Shown piece after piece: positions 20,507-28,909 of a stretch of 64,000 nucleotides of DNA. The notes beneath the pieces are model-generated. The model ran no database searches, was not told where the DNA came from, and saw only the letters and a list, made by a program, of their open reading frames with translations. The first letter of the stretch is position 1. Each line of letters opens with the position of its first letter. This DNA comes from an uncultured Magnetococcales bacterium. Its GTDB lineage: Bacteria; Pseudomonadota; Magnetococcia; Magnetococcales; CAYFNE01. The translations under genes were made by a program, and so were the position numbers. The DNA lies in NCBI GenBank assembly GCA_964344355.1, contig CAYFNE010000020.1, positions 120 to 64,119 on the forward strand, read 5' to 3'.

Positions 20507-23500
20507 GCGCTCCCTCCCCGTTGCAACAGGGCCCGTTCGACCCGTTGCAGCTCGTCCTTGAATGAATCGAACAGTTTATGCGACTCCGGCCAATCCGTCA
20601 CCTGAACGGCCCCTTTCAAACGGAGAACGATCACCTTCAACCGATTGGCCCCGAGACCGGCAGCGGTATCCTTGAACCAGGCCACCTCCCGTTCGGCCCG
20701 CTGCACCCTTTTGGCCGTCAACGACTCTTCGAGCCATCGCCGATGCAGGCCCGCCTCTTCCAGAAACCGCCGCCGCATCTCCTGGAAACGGGCCGGATCA
20801 TCGACCGGTTTCAGGACCGGTTTTTGACCGCCTTTTTTGGCGATCCTCCTGCCGGTCCCGCGTTTATTGGCATAAGGGAGCAGCGCCTCCAGCAGGGTGT
20901 CGATCTGATAGGGTTTGCGGATGAAACCATCCATCCCCCACTCCAGGCAACGATTTTTCTCCTCGGGCGACACATGGGCGGTGACGGCGATGATCGGAAT
21001 GGTGACATGGGCCGCCTTGACCCCTTGCCCCCGGCGAATGCGCCGGGTGGTCTCATAGCCATCCATTCCCGGCATCTGCAGGTCCATCAGCAGCAGGTCG
21101 AACGACTCCCGGTCCAACAGATCCAGGGCCATCCGACCGTTATCCGCCACCCGGACCCGATGGCCGGCGCCCACCAGAATGTCGGTCGCCAACCGTTGAT
21201 TGTTGACCACATCCTCGACCAGAAGAATGTTCAGGGACCGCATCCGCACACGGGGCTTCCCCGCCGCCACGGTGTCCTTCAATACCCTTCCCAGCCGTTT
21301 GCCAAGGCTTTTCAGTAAAATGAAGGTCTTGACCGGTTTACGCAGATATGAAACCCCCGTCACCCCTCCGGCGCCGAACAGGCTCTCCACCCCCATCTGG
21401 GTCGGCAACAGGACGATGATCCTGTCCGCGACCCGTTCCAACCATTGCCGGGTATCCTCCCCGAGCCCACCGGTGAACAGGCCGTGGTCCAAAATCAGCA
21501 CATCCTCGACATCATCCGCTTCGAGACCGGTGGCGAGCCGCGCCAACAATGCCGGCAGGTCGCCCACCTCGGTCAGCGAAGCGCCGAAGCGGGTCAACGT
21601 TTCACGGAGGACCAGGCGACCGGTCGCCTGGGAGTCGGCCAGCAGGATGCGCGCCCCCTGCAACAAATCGGCGGGAATCCCCCCCCGCCTCGACTCTTTT
21701 TTGCGTTCCCCGACCGTATCCAGCCGATGGGCGGTGCCGAACCGGGCCAACAGATGGAAGGTGCTGCCGCGGCCGACCACACTCTCCACCCAGATGTCGC
21801 CGCCCATCAGTTCCGCCATGTGTTTACTGATCGTCAACCCCAGGCCGGAACCGCCGAACTCGCGGGTGGTGGAGGCATCGGCCTGGGTGAACCGGTCAAA
21901 GATGAGCCGAATCTTCTCCTCGGCAATGCCGATGCCGGTGTCGATGATGGAAAAATGGAGTTCGACGAACGAACCGTCGACCCGATACCGTTCCACCCGC
22001 ACCAGCACATGCCCCTCTTCGGTAAATTTGATGGCATTGCTGACCAGGTTGGTCAAGACCTGATTGAGCCGGATGGGATCGCCCATCAGGGTTTCGTTCA
22101 CATCGAAACCGATTTGACAGTAGAGTTCCAACCCCTTGTGGTGCGCCTGCGCCGCCAGGGCCTCGACCACGTTTTCGATCTGACCCCGGCAATCAAAGGG
22201 GATCGACTCCAGGCGGAACCGGCCCGACTCGATCTTCGACAGATCAAGGATATCATTGATCAACATCAACAAAACCTGCGACGACCGCCGGGCGATCTCC
22301 AAATGTTCCCGCTGTTCCTCCGTCAACTCGGAGTTCAACACCAGGTCGGTCATGCCCATGATGGCATTCATCGGCGTGCGGATTTCGTGGCTCATGTTGG
22401 CCAGAAAATCGCTCTTGGCCTGGTTGGCCGACTCCGCCACCTCCAGGGTTTCGCTGAGGGTGCGCAACAGTTGTTTGCGCTCGGTGATATCCTGCAAAAA
22501 GGCGGTATAGTGGGGTTTTCCGTCCCTGGACATGGCCATCAACCCCACCGACAGGTCCACCTGGCGGCCATCGGCGTGGTTGCCGCTGACCTCCACCCGG
22601 CGCTGGACCACCGGCAGGTCGCCGGTGGCGGCGAAATGGCGGGCATGCCGGGCCAACGCCGCCCGATGCGCCGGGCGGTACTGATCGGGAACGATCAACT
22701 CGGCGACATCGCGACCGATCACATCCGCCCGCCGGTGACCGAACAACACCTCCGCCGCCGGATTGAATTCGGTGGTCCGCCCCTCCTGGTCGGCGCTGAT
22801 GATGGCATCCAGGGCGTTTTCGAGAATGGAACTGACATGCGCCTCCCGGTTTCTGAGCTGAAAAAAGGCCTCACTCAACTTGTCTTCCGCCTCGGCGCGA
22901 TGAAAAATCAGGGCCAGGGTGTCGGCGTAGGTGGCTAAAAAATCCTGCTCCTTCTCCAACTGTCGATGCCCGTCCGGCAGATAGAGGAGAATCACCCCCA
23001 ACAACCGATCATCCAGTAAAATCGGCACCACATAGTGACCATGGGGTTCCATGCCCTCATAGGTGATCTGATGCCGGTCATCAATACCGGAAGCGAAGAT
23101 GATTTGCCGTTTTTCCGCGGACATCCCACAGAGACAGCGCCCTTTGGGGATGCGGGTGCAGGTGTTCCGGGACCGTTTATCGAACCCCACCTCCTCGAAC
23201 AGCAGCAGATCGCCGCTCTTTTCATCGACCATAAAAATGGCCCCTTTTTTCAATATGGAGAGCCAGGGGATGGAAAAGAGCAGCCACAGGGCATTTTTCA
23301 TCTGCTCCTTCAAGGACATGGACAAAAGGGAGGTATGGAGCAGGGTGCTGATGGCCTGTTGATAGCGCAACAGGGCGCGGGTCTCCTCCGCCGATTGCAC
23401 CAGGTCGGCGGTACGGGCCTCGACCAACCGTTCCAGATCCTCCCGTTGCCGTTTGATGGTCAGGTGGGTCTCCACCCGCGCCTGGACCACCGGTTTGCTG

Positions 23501-23865
23501 AACGGTTTGGCGATAAAATCGACGGCGCCCCGGGAAAACCCCTTGGCCTCGACCTGGCGATCGTTTTTACCGGTGATGAAAATGACCGGAATGGGGAGGG
23601 TCTCCCCATCGGCCTTCAATCGCCGGCACACCTCATAGCCATCCATCCCCGGCATGAGGATATCGAGCAAAATCAAGTCCGGATGCCGGGAAACGGCCGC
23701 ATCCAGGGCCGTCTTCCCGTCGTTGGCCAGCAGATATTCATACGGATCCCCGAGGATCTCCACCAGAAATTCGGCGATGAGGGGATCATCATCGACAATC
23801 AGCAGCAGCGGTCTGTTTTCATCCATCATACCACCGTCACCCCCCGCTGATCGATCCCCGTGCAT
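20503..23865 (-). CDS. Hybrid sensor kinase (REC-GAF-PAS-HisKA-HATPase-pseudoREC-REC-Hpt-like)
   Basis: 'LLLIVDDDPLIAE', 'LLDILMPGMDG', PAS 'ILENALDAIISADQEG', H-box 'FLANMSHEIRTPMNAIMG', 'GGSGLGLTISK', second REC 'ILLVEDVVNNQ...LMDLQMPGMDG'. Start is ambiguous (TTG 23874, ATG 23865, ATG 23829). Confidence 0.9.
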   Translation of the reverse strand: MHGDRSAGGDGGMMDENRPLLLIVDDDPLIAEFLVEILGDPYEYLLANDGKTALDAAVSRHPDLILLDILMPGMDGYEVCRRLKADGETLPIPVIFITGKNDRQVEAKGFSRGAVDFIAKPFSKPVVQARVETHLTIKRQREDLERLVEARTADLVQSAEETRALLRYQQAISTLLHTSLLSMSLKEQMKNALWLLFSIPWLSILKKGAIFMVDEKSGDLLLFEEVGFDKRSRNTCTRIPKGRCLCGMSAEKRQIIFASGIDDRHQITYEGMEPHGHYVVPILLDDRLLGVILLYLPDGHRQLEKEQDFLATYADTLALIFHRAEAEDKLSEAFFQLRNREAHVSSILENALDAIISADQEGRTTEFNPAAEVLFGHRRADVIGRDVAELIVPDQYRPAHRAALARHARHFAATGDLPVVQRRVEVSGNHADGRQVDLSVGLMAMSRDGKPHYTAFLQDITERKQLLRTLSETLEVAESANQAKSDFLANMSHEIRTPMNAIMGMTDLVLNSELTEEQREHLEIARRSSQVLLMLINDILDLSKIESGRFRLESIPFDCRGQIENVVEALAAQAHHKGLELYCQIGFDVNETLMGDPIRLNQVLTNLVSNAIKFTEEGHVLVRVERYRVDGSFVELHFSIIDTGIGIAEEKIRLIFDRFTQADASTTREFGGSGLGLTISKHMAELMGGDIWVESVVGRGSTFHLLARFGTAHRLDTVGERKKESRRGGIPADLLQGARILLADSQATGRLVLRETLTRFGASLTEVGDLPALLARLATGLEADDVEDVLILDHGLFTGGLGEDTRQWLERVADRIIVLLPTQMGVESLFGAGGVTGVSYLRKPVKTFILLKSLGKRLGRVLKDTVAAGKPRVRMRSLNILLVEDVVNNQRLATDILVGAGHRVRVADNGRMALDLLDRESFDLLLMDLQMPGMDGYETTRRIRRGQGVKAAHVTIPIIAVTAHVSPEEKNRCLEWGMDGFIRKPYQIDTLLEALLPYANKRGTGRRIAKKGGQKPVLKPVDDPARFQEMRRRFLEEAGLHRRWLEESLTAKRVQRAEREVAWFKDTAAGLGANRLKVIVLRLKGAVQVTDWPESHKLFDSFKDELQRVERALLQRGGSA

Positions 23866-23870
23866 CCGGA

Positions 23871-25958
23871 TCAACCGTTGCGTTCATCTCCCGGAGCCAG
23901 ATGGAACACCCCCTGGCTCTTCCACGCTTCGAATACCCGCGTCACCGATTGGCTCTCGACCCGATTCCACCCCTGGCGCGACACCCAGCCCTCGATTTCC
24001 CGGACCAACATGCCACGCACGGTAACGGGAACGACCTCCAACATGGCACGGGCATCATCGGACCAGGGCAGGGATTCCTTCACCCGGGCGGAGCCCTTTT
24101 TGAAAGTCTCCAGCACCCCCTGGAAAAAGGGGGCGTCGATCCGCGCCAACCCCTGGCGCCGGGCGATGCTTTCCACCGCCCGCCGGCTCATTTGCCGGGA
24201 CATGCCGGCCGGTATGTTTTCCAACAACCGCTGCGCGTCCGCATCCCAGGGCATGGCGTCCGATACTGCCATCTCTTCCGCCGGTCGGGAGGGTGGTGGA
24301 CCACCCGGATGGCCGTCCCCCCGGGCCATTTTCGCCGCCATGTGCCGGCGCGCCCGGTCGATGCCGGCCTCGGCCACCGCCAGGGTGATCCGTTCCGCGC
24401 CCTCCTCACGGGCATGGGCGAGGATGCTTTTGCGCGTCGCATCGCGCATGAACCCCTCCGGCACCCGCTGCAAACGGGCCTCCGCCTCCGGGGACCAGAC
24501 CGGTTCCGGCGCCTCCTCCCGGTTCAAAAAGGGCGTGACATGGGCCGGCGTCACCACCTCGGACTTTTCCCGACGGGCCGATTTTTCGGACCGCCGACGG
24601 ACGTTGGCGCGCAGCGATTCATCGCTCAGGGCGGCCACCATCTCCTCGGCATCCCGGCTCCAGGTGGGGGCGGATTCCTCGGCCCGGCGCACCACCGCCT
24701 CCATGGTCTTGTGGGCATGGTTCGGCATCAGGGCGGCGGTGGCCTCCTCGACGATGCGTTCGGTGATCACCGTGTGGCCCCGATCCTGGGCATAGCGCAA
24801 AATGGCCATGCGCGCCATCTTGCGGGCGAACACCGGCACCCGCTCCATGCGCGCCTCCGCCTCCCGGCTCCAGGTGGTGGTGAACCCCGCCACCCGGTCC
24901 ACCTCCGGCGTATGTTCCCGGCACGAAATCAACAGATCACAGGGGGCCGCGCGCAACAGATTTTCCGTCACCCAGCCGATATCGAGACCGTCATCGGCAT
25001 GAATGCCGGTTTTTCCCAGGGTCACCAGAGAGGGTTTGCGTTCCTCCAGGAAACGGGCGATGGAGACGGTCGGTTTACCGGCCAACAACACGCACTCCAC
25101 CGTCATCCCCCGTTCCCGGGCGATGCTCTCCCCCACGTCCAGATGGGCCTGATAAATTTTCGCCAACCCCGAATCGATGATCTCCTCATGCAGTTTTTCC
25201 TGCTCTTCGAACTTGAACACCTCGGCCCCCTCCTCGGAGAGCACCCGGGTGATGTTGTTGAAGACCACATAATGATAATAGGGATCGAAGGCGGCCACCA
25301 GGATTACCGGCCGTTGCCAACGCCGGCCCAGCTCCAAGGCCGTGAGCAGCCCCCCGTAGGACCGTTCCGAACCGTCCAGGGTGGCGACGATGGATCCGTC
25401 GGCCGCTTCACCCGCGTCCGGTTTCACCACCAGGGTGTCGATGGTGGTACGCCGCACCACCCGTTCACAGACCCCCCCGATGGATTCCCCGGGCACCGCC
25501 CCCACGCCCCGGGCGCCCAGGATCAACAAATCATGATCGCCACGCCGCACGGCATCGGCCAGAACCCGATAGTTCTTGCCCTCCAGGGAGAGCCGGTCAT
25601 AAGGAATACCGGCGGCATCGGCCGCCTTCTGTCCCACGTCCAGATAGGATTCACTGATCAGGTTCAACCCCTTGGTAATCAGGGTGTCATGGGTTTCCCG
25701 CTGTTCTTCCAGGATTTTTTCCTGGCGGTACTGTTCCGGCAAGCCGCCTTCCATCTGCCGGAACCGATCATCGTGCAGCCGGGCGGCAAAGGCATGGATA
25801 CCGGTGATCCGCGCCCCGGCGGTCAACGCCGCCAACGCCAAACCCCGGTTCAATCCCTGGTTGGCCGGCTCCGAAGAGTCCAGGGCCACCAACAACCGCG
25901 AATAGAGGGGGTGGGTTTCCGGGAGTGATGAAGCCGCATTGTCCGGTTCGCGCATCAT
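23871..25958 (-). CDS. Tandem universal-stress (Usp) domains followed by five PCP_red-like repeats
   Basis: Usp signatures 'LILGARGVGAVPGESIGGVCERVV' and 'VTLGKTGIHADDGLDIGWVTENLL'. Five ~45-aa repeats start 'W[SD]xxAExxLxxVP' at about aa 362, 432, 487, 570 and 631. Confidence 0.8.
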   Translation of the reverse strand: MMREPDNAASSLPETHPLYSRLLVALDSSEPANQGLNRGLALAALTAGARITGIHAFAARLHDDRFRQMEGGLPEQYRQEKILEEQRETHDTLITKGLNLISESYLDVGQKAADAAGIPYDRLSLEGKNYRVLADAVRRGDHDLLILGARGVGAVPGESIGGVCERVVRRTTIDTLVVKPDAGEAADGSIVATLDGSERSYGGLLTALELGRRWQRPVILVAAFDPYYHYVVFNNITRVLSEEGAEVFKFEEQEKLHEEIIDSGLAKIYQAHLDVGESIARERGMTVECVLLAGKPTVSIARFLEERKPSLVTLGKTGIHADDGLDIGWVTENLLRAAPCDLLISCREHTPEVDRVAGFTTTWSREAEARMERVPVFARKMARMAILRYAQDRGHTVITERIVEEATAALMPNHAHKTMEAVVRRAEESAPTWSRDAEEMVAALSDESLRANVRRRSEKSARREKSEVVTPAHVTPFLNREEAPEPVWSPEAEARLQRVPEGFMRDATRKSILAHAREEGAERITLAVAEAGIDRARRHMAAKMARGDGHPGGPPPSRPAEEMAVSDAMPWDADAQRLLENIPAGMSRQMSRRAVESIARRQGLARIDAPFFQGVLETFKKGSARVKESLPWSDDARAMLEVVPVTVRGMLVREIEGWVSRQGWNRVESQSVTRVFEAWKSQGVFHLAPGDERNG

Positions 25959-26182
25959 GATTCGACCCCTTCCGCCCGTCTGCCGCCGTAACGCCCGCGC
26001 AGGGCGCCGATGGCGAAAAACAGGACGCCGGTCAGAAAAATGGTCACATGCACCCGGCTCACCGGCATGCTGCCCCGCCAGAACAGCATCAGGTCCAACG
26101 TCCCGAGAAACATCAGGATAACGCCGAACACCTTGAAAATGACCCCCTTGCGCGAGGGTTCAGGGTTTTCTTCCTCCGACAC
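25955..26182 (-). CDS. Small two-TM membrane protein
   Basis: Hydrophobic 'VIFKVFGVILMFLGTLDLMLF' and 'VHVTIFLTGVLFFAIGAL'. Stop overlaps the Usp start (ATGA) and the start overlaps the radical-SAM gene end, suggesting translational coupling. Confidence 0.55.
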   Translation of the reverse strand: MSEEENPEPSRKGVIFKVFGVILMFLGTLDLMLFWRGSMPVSRVHVTIFLTGVLFFAIGALRGRYGGRRAEGVES

Positions 26183-27404
26183 GGCTACGCATCTCCATCA
26201 TCAATTCCGGGGTTATGGCGGCCAACCCCTTTTGCCGGGCATACCGCTCCACACCACTTTTTACCATACTTCGCAGGAAAAAGGGCACCTGTTGCAATCG
26301 CTCCCGGGCCTCGGGGCTCCATTCGGCGACGACCGGCGGCGATGGCGCCGGGGATGTTTCCGGTTTTTTTCCCGGATCGTACTCACACCAGGGGTCGGCC
26401 CCCATCAGGTCGCCGGTGGCCGACAAGGCCCGGGCGCGGCAACCGCCACAGACGGCATGGTGCTCACAATCGGCACAGGCGCCGTGATAAACGGGTGCGC
26501 GAAGCGAACTCAGGGTATCATCGCGATTCCAGATCTCCGCCAGCGGCCGTTCCAGGAGATTGCCCAGGGAGCCGGGCATATAGGGGCAGGGGGTCACGTC
26601 CCCTTCGGGGGTGATGCGAAAATAACCGGTGCCGGCGATGCAACCGCTGGTGGCGCCGCGCATCAATTCGGAATCGGGATCGGCATCGGCCACCAGGCGC
26701 AAAAAATGGGGCGCACAGCGGGCCCGCACCATGGTGCGCCCCTTGTAGGTCTCCTCGGCGCGCACCAGGTATTGCAACATCTCCTCATATTGCCGGGGGG
26801 TGATGTCGCTCATCCTCTGACCACGGCCGGTGCAAACCAGGAAAAACACATTGGCCGCCCGCGCCCCGCGGTCGGCGGCCAGTTCGATCAACCGCGGTAT
26901 TTCCTCATAATTGCCCCGGGTAACGGTGAACTGCATCTGGAATTCCATCCCCTGACGCCGCATTTCATCCACCGCCGCCAAGGTCCGCTCCCAGGCCCCG
27001 GGCAGACCGCGAAACCGATCATGGGTTTGCGGATCGATGGAATCGAGACTGACCCCGACTCCCTGGAAACCACTGGTTTTCAAACGGGGAATCAGTTCGG
27101 CGTTCAACAGGGTGCCATTGCTGCCCAGCACCACCATCAAACCCCGTTGTTCGGCGGCGGCGGCGACCTGCCAGATATCCTCGCGCAACAACGGTTCCCC
27201 GCCGGTGAGGATCAACATCGCCCCCGGACAGAAGTCTCCCAGTTGCGCCACCACCGCCAGGGCTTGCGCCGTGGAGAGATCTCCCCGACCGCCATCCAGT
27301 TGATCGGCATCGAGATAACAGTGGGGACAGCGCAGATTGCAGCGGCGGGTGAGGTTCCAGGAGATCAAAAAGGGTGGCGCCACCGGGATATCGGCTTGAG
27401 TCAT
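26160..27404 (-). CDS. Radical SAM/SPASM enzyme (AhbD/NirJ-like) with a C-terminal PCP_red-like domain
   Basis: 'NLTRRCNLRCPHCY' CX3CX2C motif. SPASM 'CIAGTGYFRITPEGDVTPCPY...CADCEHHAVCGGCRARA'. Tail 'WSPEARERLQQVPFFLRSMVKSGVERYARQKGL'. Confidence 0.85.
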   Translation of the reverse strand: MTQADIPVAPPFLISWNLTRRCNLRCPHCYLDADQLDGGRGDLSTAQALAVVAQLGDFCPGAMLILTGGEPLLREDIWQVAAAAEQRGLMVVLGSNGTLLNAELIPRLKTSGFQGVGVSLDSIDPQTHDRFRGLPGAWERTLAAVDEMRRQGMEFQMQFTVTRGNYEEIPRLIELAADRGARAANVFFLVCTGRGQRMSDITPRQYEEMLQYLVRAEETYKGRTMVRARCAPHFLRLVADADPDSELMRGATSGCIAGTGYFRITPEGDVTPCPYMPGSLGNLLERPLAEIWNRDDTLSSLRAPVYHGACADCEHHAVCGGCRARALSATGDLMGADPWCEYDPGKKPETSPAPSPPVVAEWSPEARERLQQVPFFLRSMVKSGVERYARQKGLAAITPELMMEMRSRVGGRKP

Positions 27405-27456
27405 GAGCGTCCTGACGGGATGGGCGGAAAAACCCGGGAAACCGGGGTGTTCGATT

Positions 27457-28908
27457 TCAACCCGAACGGCGGTCCCCGGACGAATGGAACACCGACGAGC
27501 GACCGAAAGGATACGCCGACCGGTTCATCAAGGTTGCCATTTTTTTCGCGGTTTCGCCACCGCGGGCGATACAGGCGCGCACCGAGACGCCATCCAGATA
27601 GTTGCCGGTCAAAAAAACCCCGGGCAACAGTTTCATCTGTTCGGCCACCCCTTCGACGAACAGACGGTGACCGATGGGATACTGGGGCAGGGCCCGATCA
27701 TGACGCACCACCCGCGCCATGCGCGGTTCGCCCTTCAATCCGGTCAAGCGCCCCAGGTCGGTCAGGGAGCGGTCGATCAACGCCTCATCGGCCTCGTCGA
27801 CCCTATCCGGCTGACGGGCGCCACCGAGATAGTTCATGAACAGCGCCTCGCCCTCCGGGGCACGGCCGGCGAACAGGGTCGAGGGCCACAGGGAACCGAG
27901 CAGGTCGAAACCGGGCTCCCGTTTGGGAACCAGGCAGCCGATGCCATCGAGATCATGGGTTATTTGCCGGCGTTCGAAGCCGAGATGGGTGATGGCCATC
28001 GGTGAATATTGCACACCGGCCAACAACAGGCCGAGATTGGGCGACAGTTCCTCCAACAATCGCGCCGCCTCCCAGGCCGGGGTGGCCACCAACACCGCGT
28101 CGGCCTCATACCGTTCCAGGCCATCCCCGGGTCCCCGGGCGGTCACCCGCCACCGGGTTCCCTGACGTTCCAACCCCTCTACGGTACGCCCGGGCCGGAA
28201 TCCCTCCCCCAGATGACCGGCGATGGCATCGGGCAGGGCGGCCATACCCTGACGGAAGGAAAAGACCCGCGCCCCGCAGGAGGCGGTGCGGATGCCGCGA
28301 ATTTTTCGGAGGAAGGCCCCTTTCAGGATACTGCCGTATTCCTCTTCCAGGGCGGCGAACTGGGTGAAGGTACTGCGCAGGCAGGCGCGTTCGCCATCCC
28401 CGGCCAGGGTGCCGGAGACATAGGGTTCGATGGCGCGCTCATAGATTTCCCGCCCGAACCGGCGGCTGATGAACTGGGCGACGGTCTCCTGCCCCTCCGC
28501 CACCGGTCCGCGGGGGATGAACGGTTCCAGCAACAAGCGCATCTTGCCCTTGAGGCTGACCAATGGCGTGCCGATGAACCCCCCGGCATGGAGTGGCACC
28601 GGCGTCGGTCGGCCATCACGCACCAGGTAGCGCCGTTTGGCCACCTCCTGACGAAAGACCATTTCCCGGTCCAGGCCGAGATTGCGGCAGAAAAAATCGA
28701 CTTCGGGCAGAAAATTGAAGATGCAGGTGGCGGCCCACTCCAACAGATAGCCGTCCACCCACTGGCTGTGGATCAGGCCGCCGGGCCGGTCGTTGCGCTC
28801 CAGGACCCGGACCCGTATGCCGAGGCGTTGCAGTTCGAAGGCTGCGGCCAGGCCGGAGATGCCGCCGCCGATGACGACGGCGCTTCGACCGGGCCGCAGG
28901 GTGATCAC
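27457..28908 (-). CDS. hemY: FAD-dependent protoporphyrinogen/coproporphyrinogen oxidase (HemY/CgoX family)
   Basis: 'AVVIGGGISGLAAAFELQRLG...LERNDRPGGLI' dinucleotide fold and family-typical length. GTG at 28908 sits 1 nt after the upstream stop. The ATG at 28962 would overlap the upstream gene by 53 nt. Confidence 0.8.
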   Translation of the reverse strand: MITLRPGRSAVVIGGGISGLAAAFELQRLGIRVRVLERNDRPGGLIHSQWVDGYLLEWAATCIFNFLPEVDFFCRNLGLDREMVFRQEVAKRRYLVRDGRPTPVPLHAGGFIGTPLVSLKGKMRLLLEPFIPRGPVAEGQETVAQFISRRFGREIYERAIEPYVSGTLAGDGERACLRSTFTQFAALEEEYGSILKGAFLRKIRGIRTASCGARVFSFRQGMAALPDAIAGHLGEGFRPGRTVEGLERQGTRWRVTARGPGDGLERYEADAVLVATPAWEAARLLEELSPNLGLLLAGVQYSPMAITHLGFERRQITHDLDGIGCLVPKREPGFDLLGSLWPSTLFAGRAPEGEALFMNYLGGARQPDRVDEADEALIDRSLTDLGRLTGLKGEPRMARVVRHDRALPQYPIGHRLFVEGVAEQMKLLPGVFLTGNYLDGVSVRACIARGGETAKKMATLMNRSAYPFGRSSVFHSSGDRRSG

Positions 28909-28909
28909 G

